A stretch of 64,000 bases of DNA from an uncultured Planctomycetaceae bacterium. GTDB taxonomy: Bacteria > Planctomycetota > Planctomycetia > Isosphaerales > Isosphaeraceae. The notes beneath the pieces were generated by a model. That model was given only the letters and a program-made list of their open reading frames with translations, was not told where the DNA came from and did no database searches. Positions 33,477 through 43,830 of the stretch are shown in pieces. A program made the translations under genes and the position numbers. Position 1 is the first letter of the stretch, and every line of letters starts with the position of its first letter. The stretch spans positions 4,096,001 through 4,160,000 of the forward strand of contig CAWIAD010000002.1 of NCBI GenBank assembly GCA_963833985.1, in the 5' to 3' direction.

Positions 33477-35226
33477 ATGTACCTGAGAACCATAAAAGTC
33501 CGGTCGTCCAGCGGTGCGCTGAACGAGTACGTCCGCGTCGTCGAAGCCTATCGCGACAACGGTAAGGTCAAGCAACGCACCGTGGCCGATCTGGGACGCA
33601 AGGACCTGCTTGCGGAATTGTTTCCCAAGCTAAAACGCTTGCTCGGTCAAGATGTCGAGTCGGAGTCCGCTGGGGACGAGGATCTCGACATCCTGGACGC
33701 TTCCACCTGGGGGCCGGTCCTCGCCGTCCGGGCCTTGTTCGACCAACTCGGGCTCTGGACCATCCTCGACGAATCACTCGGCAAAGCCAAAGGCGTGCCG
33801 TTTACTGACCGGGCCTTCGTGCTCATTGCCAATCGCCTGATTCACCCCGCCAGCGAACACGGCTTGGCGGGGTGGCTGGAGACCGACTTCGTCTGTGATC
33901 GCCAAGGCCGCCGTTTTGTTCCTCGCTGGCACCAGCACAAGCGGGTTCGCGTCGACTTTCGCCAACTGGAGTCCTGGTACCGGACCCTCGATCAACTCGT
34001 GGACGCCAAGGAACGGATCGAGGTGGCTCTTTATCACCGCCTTCGCGACCTGTTCAGTATCAAGCCGGACCTGGTGCTCTATGACATCACGAGCACCTAC
34101 TTCGAGGGAGCTGGACCGGCCAACTTCGCCAAGCATGGCTACAGTCGGGACGGCAAGCCGCACAACGTCCAGGTGATCGTCGGAGTGGTGATGGTGGGCG
34201 GCTGGCCGATCGCTCATCACGTTTGGGCCGGCAACGAAGTCGACCACCAGACCGTGCAGAAAGCCATTCGTGATCTGCACCAGCGATTTGGTTTCAGCCG
34301 CCTCGTTTTTGTCGGCGATCGAGGCATGATCACCAATGACAATCTGGAAGCGATCACTGGCGACAAGCATGGCTATCTTGTGGGCGTGAAGCGAAGGCGG
34401 AACGCAAAGTTGACCAAGTGGCTGGCTGCCCTCGACGATGCCAAGTGGATTTCTTGCCCGGTAGGGATCACCGCCCGGGAAAAGACCAATCCACCGCGCA
34501 CTCGGGCGCAAGAGGTGCCGTCAGGAGTTGAAGGTTTGCGGATAATCATCGTCGATTCCGACGAGCGCCGCGAATACGAGCAAGCCATGCGTCAGAAGGC
34601 CATGGAGCGGACACATCAATCGCTCGAAGAAGTTGCAGGGGCGTGTGGCGGCAGGGAAGTTGAAACAGCCCGAGAAGATTGGCGCCGCAGCCGAGCGCCT
34701 CCTGCAACGAAACCATGGCTATCGTTACTATTCGTGGGACCTCGACAAGGGGATTTTCCGCTACTTTGAGAACACGAAGGGTCTGACCAATGAGCAGGGA
34801 ATCGAAGGCAAGTATGTGATCGCCACGAGTGAAGCAGCGCTCAGCGTGCTTGAGGTCGTGGCGATCTACAAGGACCTGAGCGATGTCGAGCGCGGGTTTC
34901 GCCAGCTCAAGGACGTGCTGGCCAGGCGGCCGATTTATCATCAGATTGAGGAACGAGTAAAAGCACATATTTTCGTAGCTGCACTGGCATTACTGGTCCA
35001 GCGGCTATTGCACCGCCGACTTGAGCACGCTGGGATAGATTTCTCTCCAGAGAGGGCGATGCAAGCTCTCTCCACGCTCCGGGTGGTGACCCTCCGTCTC
35101 GACGATCAGCCCGAACGGCAAGGAGTCAGTGGAGGCTGCCCCGATGCGCGGCGGGTCCTGAAGGCGCTGGGCTTAACCGAGCTCAGGCCGCCAGCCCCAC
35201 CGGAAGACGAAAAAACCGTGATGTAG
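33477..35226 (+). CDS. IS1634-family DDE transposase (frameshift at ~34629)
   Basis: MYLRTIKV...YRDNGKVKQRTVADLG, LYDITSTYFEG, GYSRD, VGDRGM, then GKYVIAT, YKDLSDVERGFRQLK and RPIYH...RVKAHIF. Confidence 0.92.
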
Positions 35227-35450
35227 TGACAATCTGAAAAATCGCCCCTTGCGCCGCAAGGACTTAGGGCGACCCACCCCAAACATGGGCTACCCGGCCC
35301 GACCGCCGTTCCCGAGCCGCCGAGCCTGGTCCTGGCCGGCGCGGCGCTGGGGCTGGTCTCCGTGTTGCGATCGCGCCGCCGCCGCCGAGCCGTGTGGTCG
35401 AGCCGACCGGCCGGATGAACAAACGCGGACACGGCACGGCGAACGCGCGC

Positions 35451-37361
35451 CTACCAGTTTGCCTCCACCGCGTGCTCCCAGTGCGGGTACAGTGCTTCGA
35501 GCCGCTGCTTGAGCGCGCGGTGCCGGTCCTGGGTACCCACGGCCTTGAGCGCGTCGCGATAGGTGGCGGGCTGACCGAGCAGGTCCTCGACCGCGGCCAG
35601 CTCGGTTTCGACCTCGCCGATCTCGCGCTCCAGGTCGGCGGCCTTGCGGTAGGGGAACTTCTTCTTCGCGGCCTTGTCTTTTTCAAGAATCCTTGCCGCC
35701 GTGAGGGAAGGGGGGGCAGACCGGGCGCGGGCCTTGTCGGCTGCCGATTCGTTCTCTTGCCGCACCAGGGTCTGGTAGGTCTCGTAGTTTCCTTCGATCA
35801 CCCGCGCGCGTCCGCCTCCCAGGACGAGCAGGCGATCGGTCACCTGGTTAAGGAAATAGCGGTCGTGGCTGACGACCAGGACGGTCCCCTCGAACTCGCG
35901 GATGGACCGTTCCAGGGCCTCGCACGACCAGATATCGAGGTGGTTGGTGGGCTCGTCCATGACCAGCAGGTTCGCGTTCGTGGCACAGAGCCGCGCCAGC
36001 GCGGCCTTGGCCTTCTCACCGCCGGAGAGCTGGCCGACTGTCTGGAAGACCAGCTCTCCGGTCAATCCGAACCGGGCCAGCAGGTTGCGGACGTCACCCT
36101 CGACCCAGGCCGGGTCGTCCTCGGGCCAGACGGCCCGCACCACGGTTGTGCCGGGCGAGAGCGACTGCAACCCCTGATCGTGATAGCCCACCTGCACCTT
36201 GTGCCCCAGCTTGACCTCGCCGTGATCGGCCTTCTCGCGGCCGATCATGGTCTTGATGAGCGTGGTCTTGCCCGAGCCATTCGGGCCCATCACGCCCAGG
36301 CACTGGCCGCGCAGCACCGCCACGTTCAGCTCTTGAAACAGGGGCCTGTCGTACGATTTGGAGAGGTTGCGGGCTTCGATGACGATGTCGCCGGAGCGGT
36401 CCACCTCCTCGAACCCCATGACGGGCCCGACAATCTCACGCATCGTATCGACCCGCTCGCCTTGCAGCTTCTCGAGCTTGCGCTCGCGATCGTGGGCCTG
36501 CTTGGCGCGCTGGCCCGCCCCGTATTTGCGGATGTAGGCCTCCAGCTTCTCCGCCTTCTCTTCCTGGCGCTCGGCCTGCCGTTCGAGCACCTTGGCGCGC
36601 TCGGTGCGTAGCTTCCAGTACTGTGTGTAATTGCCGGGATAGATTTCCAGCTTGCCCTCGTGCAGCTCCCAGGTTTTCGTGACGACCCTGTCCAGGAAGT
36701 AGCGGTCGTGGCTGACAACGAGCATCGCCACCGGCTGCCGCGCGAGGTAATTCTCCAGCCACTCGGTCGTTTCGATGTCGAGATGGTTGGAGGGCTCGTC
36801 CAGGAGCATGAGGTCGGGACTTTCGAGCAGCAGCTTGGCGAGCATGAGCCGCGACTGCTGGCCGCCGGAGAAGGTGCGCGCAGGGCGCTGGAACTCGGCC
36901 TCGCTGAAGCGGAGGCCGAAGAGGATCTCCTCGACGCGATGTTCGATCGCGTAGGCGTCCTGGTGCAGCAGCCGCTCGTGTAGCTCATCATAGCGGCGGG
37001 TGGCGCGGTCGCGATCGGATTGGTCCTCGGCCTCGGCCATCTCCTGCGCCGCTTCTTCGAGCTCACGCTGGAGGTCCAGCAGCGAGGCCAGCCCCGACCG
37101 GGCCACGTCCATCAGGGTCTCCTCCGCACCGAATTCCGGCTGCTGTTGCAGCAGGCTGATGCGAATACCCGGCCGCACGTGGATCTGCCCGTACTCCGGG
37201 GCCTCGCTGCCGTCAAGCAGCTTCATGAGCGTGGTCTTGCCCGCGCCGTTGGGCCCGACCAGCCCGATCCGCTCTCCCGCGCGGATCTCGAAAGCCAGAT
37301 CAAGGAATATGGGATCGCCGGCGTACTGGCGGCCAAGGCCGTGGGCGGAGATGAGAATCAT
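35451..37361 (-). CDS. ABC-F family ATPase (Uup-like) with a C-terminal coiled coil
   Basis: Two NBDs (GPNGAGKTT/FSGGQ/LDEPSNHLD and GPNGSGKTT/LSGGE/MDEPTNHLD) and no TM segments. Confidence 0.93.
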   Translation of the reverse strand: MILISAHGLGRQYAGDPIFLDLAFEIRAGERIGLVGPNGAGKTTLMKLLDGSEAPEYGQIHVRPGIRISLLQQQPEFGAEETLMDVARSGLASLLDLQRELEEAAQEMAEAEDQSDRDRATRRYDELHERLLHQDAYAIEHRVEEILFGLRFSEAEFQRPARTFSGGQQSRLMLAKLLLESPDLMLLDEPSNHLDIETTEWLENYLARQPVAMLVVSHDRYFLDRVVTKTWELHEGKLEIYPGNYTQYWKLRTERAKVLERQAERQEEKAEKLEAYIRKYGAGQRAKQAHDRERKLEKLQGERVDTMREIVGPVMGFEEVDRSGDIVIEARNLSKSYDRPLFQELNVAVLRGQCLGVMGPNGSGKTTLIKTMIGREKADHGEVKLGHKVQVGYHDQGLQSLSPGTTVVRAVWPEDDPAWVEGDVRNLLARFGLTGELVFQTVGQLSGGEKAKAALARLCATNANLLVMDEPTNHLDIWSCEALERSIREFEGTVLVVSHDRYFLNQVTDRLLVLGGGRARVIEGNYETYQTLVRQENESAADKARARSAPPSLTAARILEKDKAAKKKFPYRKAADLEREIGEVETELAAVEDLLGQPATYRDALKAVGTQDRHRALKQRLEALYPHWEHAVEANW

Positions 37362-37449
37362 GGAGATCCATCAAGAAGAATACAGGAAGGTTTGGCGGGC
37401 GTCGGCCCATCGACCCCTCGTCGCCCGAGCGTCGATTCTACGATGCCCA

Positions 37450-38780
37450 TCACGCTTCGTCGCCCAGTGTTTTCTTGGTTCGCAGCATGTGATGGTAGTG
37501 CTGCGCGAAGCGGTGGGCCTCGTCGCGAACATACTGGAGCAGGCGGAGGGCGAAAGACCGGCGCCGCAGGACCAGCGGATCGGAGCGCCCGGGGATGTAA
37601 ATCTCCTCCTCGCGTTTGGCCAGCGAGATGACCGTGGGGGGCGTCACCTTGAGGGTCTCGAAGGCGTCCAGGGCCGCACCGAGCTGGCCCTTGCCGCCAT
37701 CGATCAGCAGTATGTCGGGGAACGGTTCGTCACGCTCCCGGAGCCCCTGGATGCGCCGCGTGATCACCTCGCGGATCGAGGCGAAGTCGTCCACGCCCTG
37801 CACCGTCTTGATGCGGTAGCGGCGGTATCCCGGCTTGAACGGCAGGCCGTCCACGAACGTGACGAGCGAGCCAACCGTCTCGGTCCCGCCCAGGTGCGCA
37901 ATGTCCACCCCGTCGATGGTCCGCGGCACGGAATCGAGAGCGAGCACCTGCTTCAGCCCCTTCAGTCCCCTGCGCGGGTCGACATAGAAAACCTCGGGCT
38001 GGGCGTGCCGGGCCAGATCGCCGCGCAGGCTCAGGTTCTGCAAGGCCTTGATCTCGTCGCGCAGCCGGGCGGCCTTCTCGAACTGGAGGGCCTTGCTGGC
38101 CTCACGCATCTCCTCGTCCAGCTCTCGGAGCACGACGTCCTTCTTGCCGTCGAGGAACAGTCGCAGCCGCTGGATGTCGCGGCGATAGGTCTCCTTGTCG
38201 ATGCGCAGGTTGCACGGAGCGGTGCACTGGTTGATGGAGGCAAGCAGGCATGGACGAAACCAGCGCCAGCGCACGTCGTCCTCCTCGATGTCCAGCGAGC
38301 AGGTGCGGAACTTGAAGATCCGCTGGAGCACCTGGATCGCCCCGCGCAGGCTTCGGGCCCGGGGGAACGGGCCGTACAGCTTCACCCCCGAATCCTTCGG
38401 CTCACGCGTGAAGTTCACCCGCGGGAAGTCCTCGCCGGTGGTGATTTGCAGGTACGGGAACGTCTTGTCATCCTTGAGGTCGTGATTGTACTTCGGCTGG
38501 ATGTCCTTGATCAGCCGGGCTTCCATCAGCAAGGCGTCCACCTCACTGTCGGCGGCCAGGTGGTCGATGTCGGCCACCTCTTCGATCCAGTCACAGATCC
38601 GCTTGTCCTGGGCCGCGGCCTTGTGGAAATAGGAACCCGCGCGGCGCGCAGGTTCTTTGCCTTGCCCACGTAGATCACCCGGCCCTGGGAGTCCTTCATC
38701 AGGTAAAGGCCAGGGCTGGCCGGGAAGGTCTTGACCTTGTCGGCGGGACTGACGGGACCTTCAATCTTCGTGTCCGACAT
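37450..38780 (-). CDS. uvrC: Excinuclease ABC subunit C, short form (frameshift at ~38644)
   Basis: [23 protein letters not shown], then [17 protein letters not shown], a Cys cluster, the UVR motif [11 protein letters not shown], and RNase H-like [24 protein letters not shown]. Confidence 0.9.
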
Positions 38781-39414
38781 GGATGCCTCGCTTATCCGTC
38801 AGCGATGGAACTGCTCCTGAGCGTACCTCGACAACCGCGGGCAAATTCGCCACCCGCTCCTCAAGCCAGCGGGCGCAGAGTTCCGAGACCGATTCTCGCG
38901 ATGCGAGGGCCTGGACCTGAATCATGTTCAGAACCCGACGCGGAATCGCGATGGAGATCTGTTTGAGCTCAGGCTCGCGGCGCATCGTGCAGGTCAGGTT
39001 GTAGAGACGGCCGTCATCAAACGAAACCCTGACCCCAGACCCAAGAACCAGATGCTGGATCGGCCCGGAAGTCACACCGCCGTCAACGTGTACTGGAACG
39101 TCAAGCAAGAGTTCTCGAAACTCCTCGAGGGACATCTCGCTCGTAGGCAACCGGTCGGACAGGGGCAGGGATTCAGGCAGTTTGACGGTGGGTAAATGGA
39201 ACTGGATCGTGAAGGAAGCCAGCCGCGGCTCCTCAGTTTTGAACGGCGTGTAAAACGTCAGCTCCAGAGAACCGTACTTCCAGATCTGCGGATTCCGTTT
39301 CGTTGAGACGTCCTCGGGCTCGCCGAGCAGATCGCGAACCTCCAGCATGGACAGACCGCAACGGAGGTTTCCCAGCCGGCCAGTGCACAGGAATTCCCGG
39401 AATGATGCCATCAT
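38761..39414 (-). CDS. Hypothetical protein; immunity-like N-terminal domain and a ribbon-helix-helix-like C-terminus
   Basis: ATGA-coupled to the upstream [37 protein letters not shown], and C-terminal [29 protein letters not shown]. Confidence 0.6.
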   Translation of the reverse strand: MMASFREFLCTGRLGNLRCGLSMLEVRDLLGEPEDVSTKRNPQIWKYGSLELTFYTPFKTEEPRLASFTIQFHLPTVKLPESLPLSDRLPTSEMSLEEFRELLLDVPVHVDGGVTSGPIQHLVLGSGVRVSFDDGRLYNLTCTMRREPELKQISIAIPRRVLNMIQVQALASRESVSELCARWLEERVANLPAVVEVRSGAVPSLTDKRGIHVGHED

Positions 39415-39746
39415 TCTTGCCCCATGCGATCGAGAGCGACGACCAGCATTCGTAATTCCCGCAGGCTTCCGCGAGCCCTTGCGTGAAGAGCACCCTCGAT
39501 GCCCATGATGTGCTTCATAGCCCGCTGCACCGTACTGCTCAGTCCGTTGCGCCACTCGGGATCCGCCAACCTCTGCTCGATCAGCCGCGCCGCGGCGTCA
39601 AGGTCCGAAGCGTCTGTTCCCGAGAATACGGAACGAAAGACGATACCACCGAGATGATCGGGACGAAGTGCTACCTCGATACTTCCCACATGAACATGGC
39701 AGCCCTTCGTTGCCCAATCGTCGCTGATGGCTGAAATCCGACACAT
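39411..39746 (-). CDS. Hypothetical protein, possibly a toxin-tip-like domain
   Basis: KGCHVHVGSIEVALRPDHLGGIVFRSVFS. The frame stays open upstream to ~39845 with no further ATG, so the start is uncertain. Confidence 0.5.
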   Translation of the reverse strand: MCRISAISDDWATKGCHVHVGSIEVALRPDHLGGIVFRSVFSGTDASDLDAAARLIEQRLADPEWRNGLSSTVQRAMKHIMGIEGALHARARGSLRELRMLVVALDRMGQE

Positions 39747-39822
39747 CGACCCCTCAGTATGGGCCCCCAGCTCTTCGAGGGTCCGCCTGAGGCGAATCTC
39801 CTGGTGTGTTGAGACTTCGCGT

Positions 39823-41657
39823 TCAATACGCTGGAATCGCCACCCTCACGTATTCTTCGATATCCTGCGTCATGCGGTCAAGTCGCGATGCCGTATCTGC
39901 CTTGGCCTCGGCGAGGTGCGCGGGGCCGTGCACGGCGGTCCTGGCGAAGAGGTAGAACTTGATCTTGGGCTCGGTTCCCGAGGGCCGGGCGGCGAAGCGA
40001 ACGCCGGGAAGCTCGGTGTGGAAGATGAGCAGATCGCCGCTCGGCCGGGGCAGGGGGCGTGCACCCTGGCCGCCCGTGAGGTCCCTGATCTCGTGGTTCT
40101 GGTAATCGAAGACCTCGGTCACGTTGAGACCGGCGATCGTCCGGGGCGGGTCCGTCCGGAACATCCTCATCAGCTTCAAGATCGTCTCCAGTCCTTCCCG
40201 GCCCCGGTAGACCTTGTTGATCAGCCGCTCGCCGTGGTGGCCAACGTCTATGTAGAGATCATCGAGGTACTCCATCACGGTCTGCTTGCGATCCTTCACC
40301 GTCGCGGCCAGCTCCGCAAAGAGCAGGGCGGCCACGGCGGCATCCTTGTCACGCGCGTGAGTCCCCTTCAGGTAGCCATGCGACTCCTCGTAGCCGAAGA
40401 GGAAGCCCGCGGGTCCGGCCTCATCCACCCGCTCGCCAATCCATTTGAAGCCGACCAGTAAATCGTCCTCGGTCCGGATGCCCTCGCGCTGGGCCAGCGC
40501 CGGCCCATCTGGCTCGTGACCAGCGTGGTGATCAGGAAGTGGTCGGACCTCAGTTTCCCCAGGACCTCGGTTTCCTTCATGACGAACGCGGCCAGCAGGA
40601 CACCGATCTGGTTGCCGTCGAAAGTCGTCCAGTCGCCCCGCGGATCGCCGCTGGTGGGAACCGCGACGCCGATCCGATCGGCGTCAGGGTCGCTGGCGAG
40701 CACCAGGTCGGCTCCGGTGGCCCGCGCCTCGGCGATGGCGGCTTCGAGGGTCCGTGGGTTCTCGGGATTGGCCACGTGGCCAGGAACGCTGGGAAAGTCT
40801 CCGTCGGGCGTGCGCTGGGCGGCGAGAATGTTCAGCCGCTCGAAGCCGGCAGTACACAGTGCCCGGGCCACCGAGGTTTCTCCGACTCCCTGGAGCGGCG
40901 TGTAGACGATGGAAAGGTCACGCGCGTGGGTGACCGCTTCACCCACGACGGCCGCGATGTAGGCGTCGTCGACCTCGGGCCCGACGAGAACGATCCGGCC
41001 CTCGACGACTCCCTGCTCGAATGGCAACTCGGGGATCTCTCTTGAGGAGACCTGGTTGACGCAGTCGATGATTCCCGCGTCGTCCGGGGGAATGACCTGG
41101 CCCCCGCTCGGCCCGTAGCACTTGAAGCCGTTATCCGCGGGCGGGTTGTGCGAGGCCGTGATCATGATTCCCGCATCGCAGCGCAAGTGGCGAACGGCGA
41201 AGGAGAGCAAGGGGGTCGAGCGTGCCTCGGGAAACAGGTGGGCCTGGAAACCGGCCGCGGCCAGCACCCGGGCGCAGAGCGCGGCGAACTCGGCCGAATT
41301 GTGCCGCGAATCACGCGCGATCACGCACGAGCGCGGCTCATCCCTGCGCTTCCTCGCCGCGACGTAATCCGCCAGGCCGCGGGCACTCTCGGCGATGGTG
41401 CGCTCGTTGAGGACGTTGGTCCCCACGGGATACATCGTGCCGCGCCGGCCCCCCGTGCCAAACTCCAGGACCGTGAAGAAGGCATCGTCCAGGGCCTTCC
41501 AGCGACCCGCCTCGATGTCCTCGAGCAGACGCGTCCGGTACCGGGCAAAAGGCGCCTCCTTCAACCAGCGGCGAATCGCGGCCGCGGCCGACCCGGAGAG
41601 CACCGTGGCCGCTTCGGCCTCGGCCAGCTTCGCAAGGGCATCATCTTCGGTGATCAT
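39823..41657 (-). CDS. Phosphoglucomutase/phosphomannomutase (frameshift at ~40501)
   Basis: FGTGGRRG, ITASHNP (phosphoserine loop), DPDADR (metal loop), then GYEESHG, RDKDA and RPSGTEPKIKFY. Confidence 0.93.
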
Positions 41658-42200
41658 GGTTGCCGTACTCCGTTGCTGACCTCAGAGCCTCGAACCCGAA
41701 CCTACCCGGCGACGGCGGAACCGGCAAGCCGGCGACGCGCCCGGGGCCTCGCAAACCCGCCGCAGGAGCCGCGAGAAGGTGGCCGATCGGTCGTCGTAAA
41801 GCTTTACTTTAGCGAAACTTTAGCCGTTTTTCTCACCCCCTCGGGGTTGTAAATCCGGGCGTTTTGTAAGTTCGTCTTGACACCCAGATCCCGGGCAAGC
41901 GAATCCTCCTCCGTCCGACATCCTGAGGACCGGTGAGCTTGTGGCCCGATCGCGATCGTAAACTCAAGGTTCCGACCATGATCAGTCATCCCTTCCACGG
42001 CCGCCAGAGGAAATCCATGTCTTCGGCACGCCACTTGCTTTTCGCTTGCACGCCAGCCTGAAGCGATGGTGCTCACAGCCGGGAATTTTCACTCAAGTCG
42101 TGCAGGCTTCTCGTCAGCGTCGCCGCGGGAAAGCGGCCATGCACGTACCCGACCAGGAGCGAGTGCTCGGGTCGAAAGCCGATAGACAGGGAGGTCCGCG

Positions 42201-43292
42201 ATGACTCGGCCAAAATTCCGACGGTCGCTCCGGTTCGAGAACCTGGAATCCCGCGAGCTGCTCTCCGGCGGCATCGCCACTCCCACGGCTCAAGAGCAGT
42301 ACATGCTCGAGCTGATCAACCAGGCGCGTACGAATCCCCAGGCGGCCGCCGTCCGAGTCACCAGCAACCTCACCCCGGACATCGTCTCCACTCTGGCCTA
42401 CTACAACGTGAACGTGAATGCCACCGAGCAAGCCATCGCGAACACGCCCGCTCAGCCTCCGCTGGCCTGGAACCCGGACCTTGCGGCCGCGGCACAGGCA
42501 CATAGCAATGACATGGCCACCAATCAGTATCAGTCGCACACCGGCTCGGACGGCTCGTCGCCAGACCAGCGCATGCAGCAAGCCGGCTATACGGGTACCA
42601 GCTCGACGGGCGAGAACGCCTTCGCCTACGCCTCCTCCGTCGACGAAGCCATGCAGGCGTTCCTGATCGACTGGGGTGTTTCCGATCAGGGGCATCGCCG
42701 CAATCTTCTCCAGCCGGGCGTCTCCGCGAACAACGCCTACCAGTCGGTGGGCATCGGCATCGCGGCGACACCGGCCAACTCGAATGTTGGACCGATGGTG
42801 GTCACCCAGGACTTCGGCAGCCAGCCCAACCACCTCGCCTACGTCGTGGGCGCTGCCTACTACGATAACCAGCACACGGGCATGTACGGCATCGGCGAAG
42901 GTCAGGCCGGCATGCAGATTGACGCCACGAACCTGGCCACCGGACAGACGACCTCCACCCAGACCTGGAGCTCCGGCGGCTACCAGATCCAGCTCGCTCC
43001 GGGACGGTACCAGATCACGGCAAGCTGGAACGGCACCGTCTTCCAGAGCGTTCCGATGACGATCGGCAGCACCAACGTCCAGCAAGACTTCGTCCTCTCC
43101 AACCCCTGGGACGGCCGCTCGCGTGACCAGGTGCTCGGATCGCTGGCGCCCGCGACCACTGCGGCACCCATGGTCTCCATCACTCCGCCGGCCCCGACCG
43201 TGCAGCCGGCCACCGCAAACCTGCCCCTGGTGCTGGGAGCGCTTCCCACCTTCTCTGGCTCGTGGACCTCGTGGCAGGCCCAGGTGAGCTGA
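42201..43292 (+). CDS. CAP/SCP-domain extracellular protein with an LESR-xLL motif
   Basis: FENLESRELLSG, MLELINQARTNP, AAAAQAHSNDM, SHTGSDG, GENA and GHRRNLL. Confidence 0.88.
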   Translation: MTRPKFRRSLRFENLESRELLSGGIATPTAQEQYMLELINQARTNPQAAAVRVTSNLTPDIVSTLAYYNVNVNATEQAIANTPAQPPLAWNPDLAAAAQAHSNDMATNQYQSHTGSDGSSPDQRMQQAGYTGTSSTGENAFAYASSVDEAMQAFLIDWGVSDQGHRRNLLQPGVSANNAYQSVGIGIAATPANSNVGPMVVTQDFGSQPNHLAYVVGAAYYDNQHTGMYGIGEGQAGMQIDATNLATGQTTSTQTWSSGGYQIQLAPGRYQITASWNGTVFQSVPMTIGSTNVQQDFVLSNPWDGRSRDQVLGSLAPATTAAPMVSITPPAPTVQPATANLPLVLGALPTFSGSWTSWQAQVS

Positions 43293-43316
43293 TCACGCTC
43301 TGAGAGAGGCCCCGGG

Positions 43317-43337
43317 CCGAGCCTGCCGGCGGCTCGG
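43317..43337. terminator. GC-rich hairpin between the CAP gene and the convergent yjbQ relic
   Basis: CCGAGCC-tgccggc-GGCTCGG; no U-tract. Confidence 0.35.
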
Positions 43338-43409
43338 TCAGTCGCCCATCACGGTGATCGTGATCTGTCGGCGATGGGGATCGGTCCTCTGTTCCCAGGG
43401 ACACACGCC
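43338..43409 (-). pseudogene. Relic of a yjbQ 3' end
   Basis: Translates GVCPWEQRTDPHRRQITITVMGD-stop, versus GIFLWEHRTDPHRRRLIITVIGE-stop of the intact yjbQ at 45777 (14/23 identical). Confidence 0.85.
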
Positions 43410-43626
43410 AGGCCCACTATGGGGAGGCGCTGAGGTTGGCGATATGAATGGCGGGTCTGAGTGTCGCGAGGTGTCAAAATCTGGTATGATGCACTTAACG
43501 GGTCAGTTCATTTGATGAACAAATGGGAAGTAGAAATCGGGCCTTGTGTGGAACGGAAAGTGTAACGGGTGAATACTCCCATCCCATAACAAGAATTTGA
43601 AACGTCTATTAAGGCCTTACGTCAAA

Positions 43627-43830
43627 TTGCCGAGAAAGGTCCGTGAGCTGGTGAAGGATTTGATGGACTCCGGTTTCACGATCGTCCCTGGAGGCGGCAA
43701 GGGAGCGCATCGGAAGTTCACGCACCCGAGTTACGCGGGAGCCGTTACCCTCAGCGGCAAGGAGGGCGACGACGCTAAAACCTATCAGGAGAGACAAGTC
43801 AAGCGAGCGATCGAGGAAGTCAAGAGATGA
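43627..43830 (+). CDS. hicA: HicA-family toxin (mRNA interferase)
   Basis: Probable TTG start; PRKVRELVKDL..GF..GGGKGAHRKFTHP..VTLSG, the dsRBD-like GxH motif. Confidence 0.88.
   Translation: MPRKVRELVKDLMDSGFTIVPGGGKGAHRKFTHPSYAGAVTLSGKEGDDAKTYQERQVKRAIEEVKR

Larger units (their letters stand above)
33289..35289 (+). mobile_element. IS1634-family insertion sequence
   Basis: Perfect 15-bp TIRs CCCATGTTTGGGGTG (33289-33303) and CACCCCAAACATGGG (35275-35289). Flanking duplication CTAC (33285-33288 and 35290-35293; can be read as up to 6 bp, CTACCC). Confidence 0.92.
32742..35418 (+). pseudogene. PEP-CTERM sorting-domain protein interrupted by an IS1634-family element
   Basis: Signal peptide and a Thr/Ser-rich body to 33288. 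Removing the IS and one target copy rejoins the frame as ...RFTPNGSLPGPTAVPEPPSLVLAGAALGLVSVLRSRRRRR, with stop at 35416-35418. Confidence 0.9.

Noticed and set aside
34600..34660. Programmed ribosomal frameshift in the IS1634 transposase
   Set aside because: No slippery heptamer is visible, the family normally has a single ORF, and the window has many similar indels.
7552..41657. Mass pseudogenisation of the split genes
   Set aside because: Each split gene has only one or two indels with all catalytic motifs intact and no in-frame stops, including housekeeping genes. Sequencing error is more likely.
41658..42200. Riboswitch or ncRNA upstream of the CAP gene
   Set aside because: Short hairpins are present, but I could not match the conserved core of c-di-GMP or other known riboswitches by eye. 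An Infernal/Rfam scan would decide.
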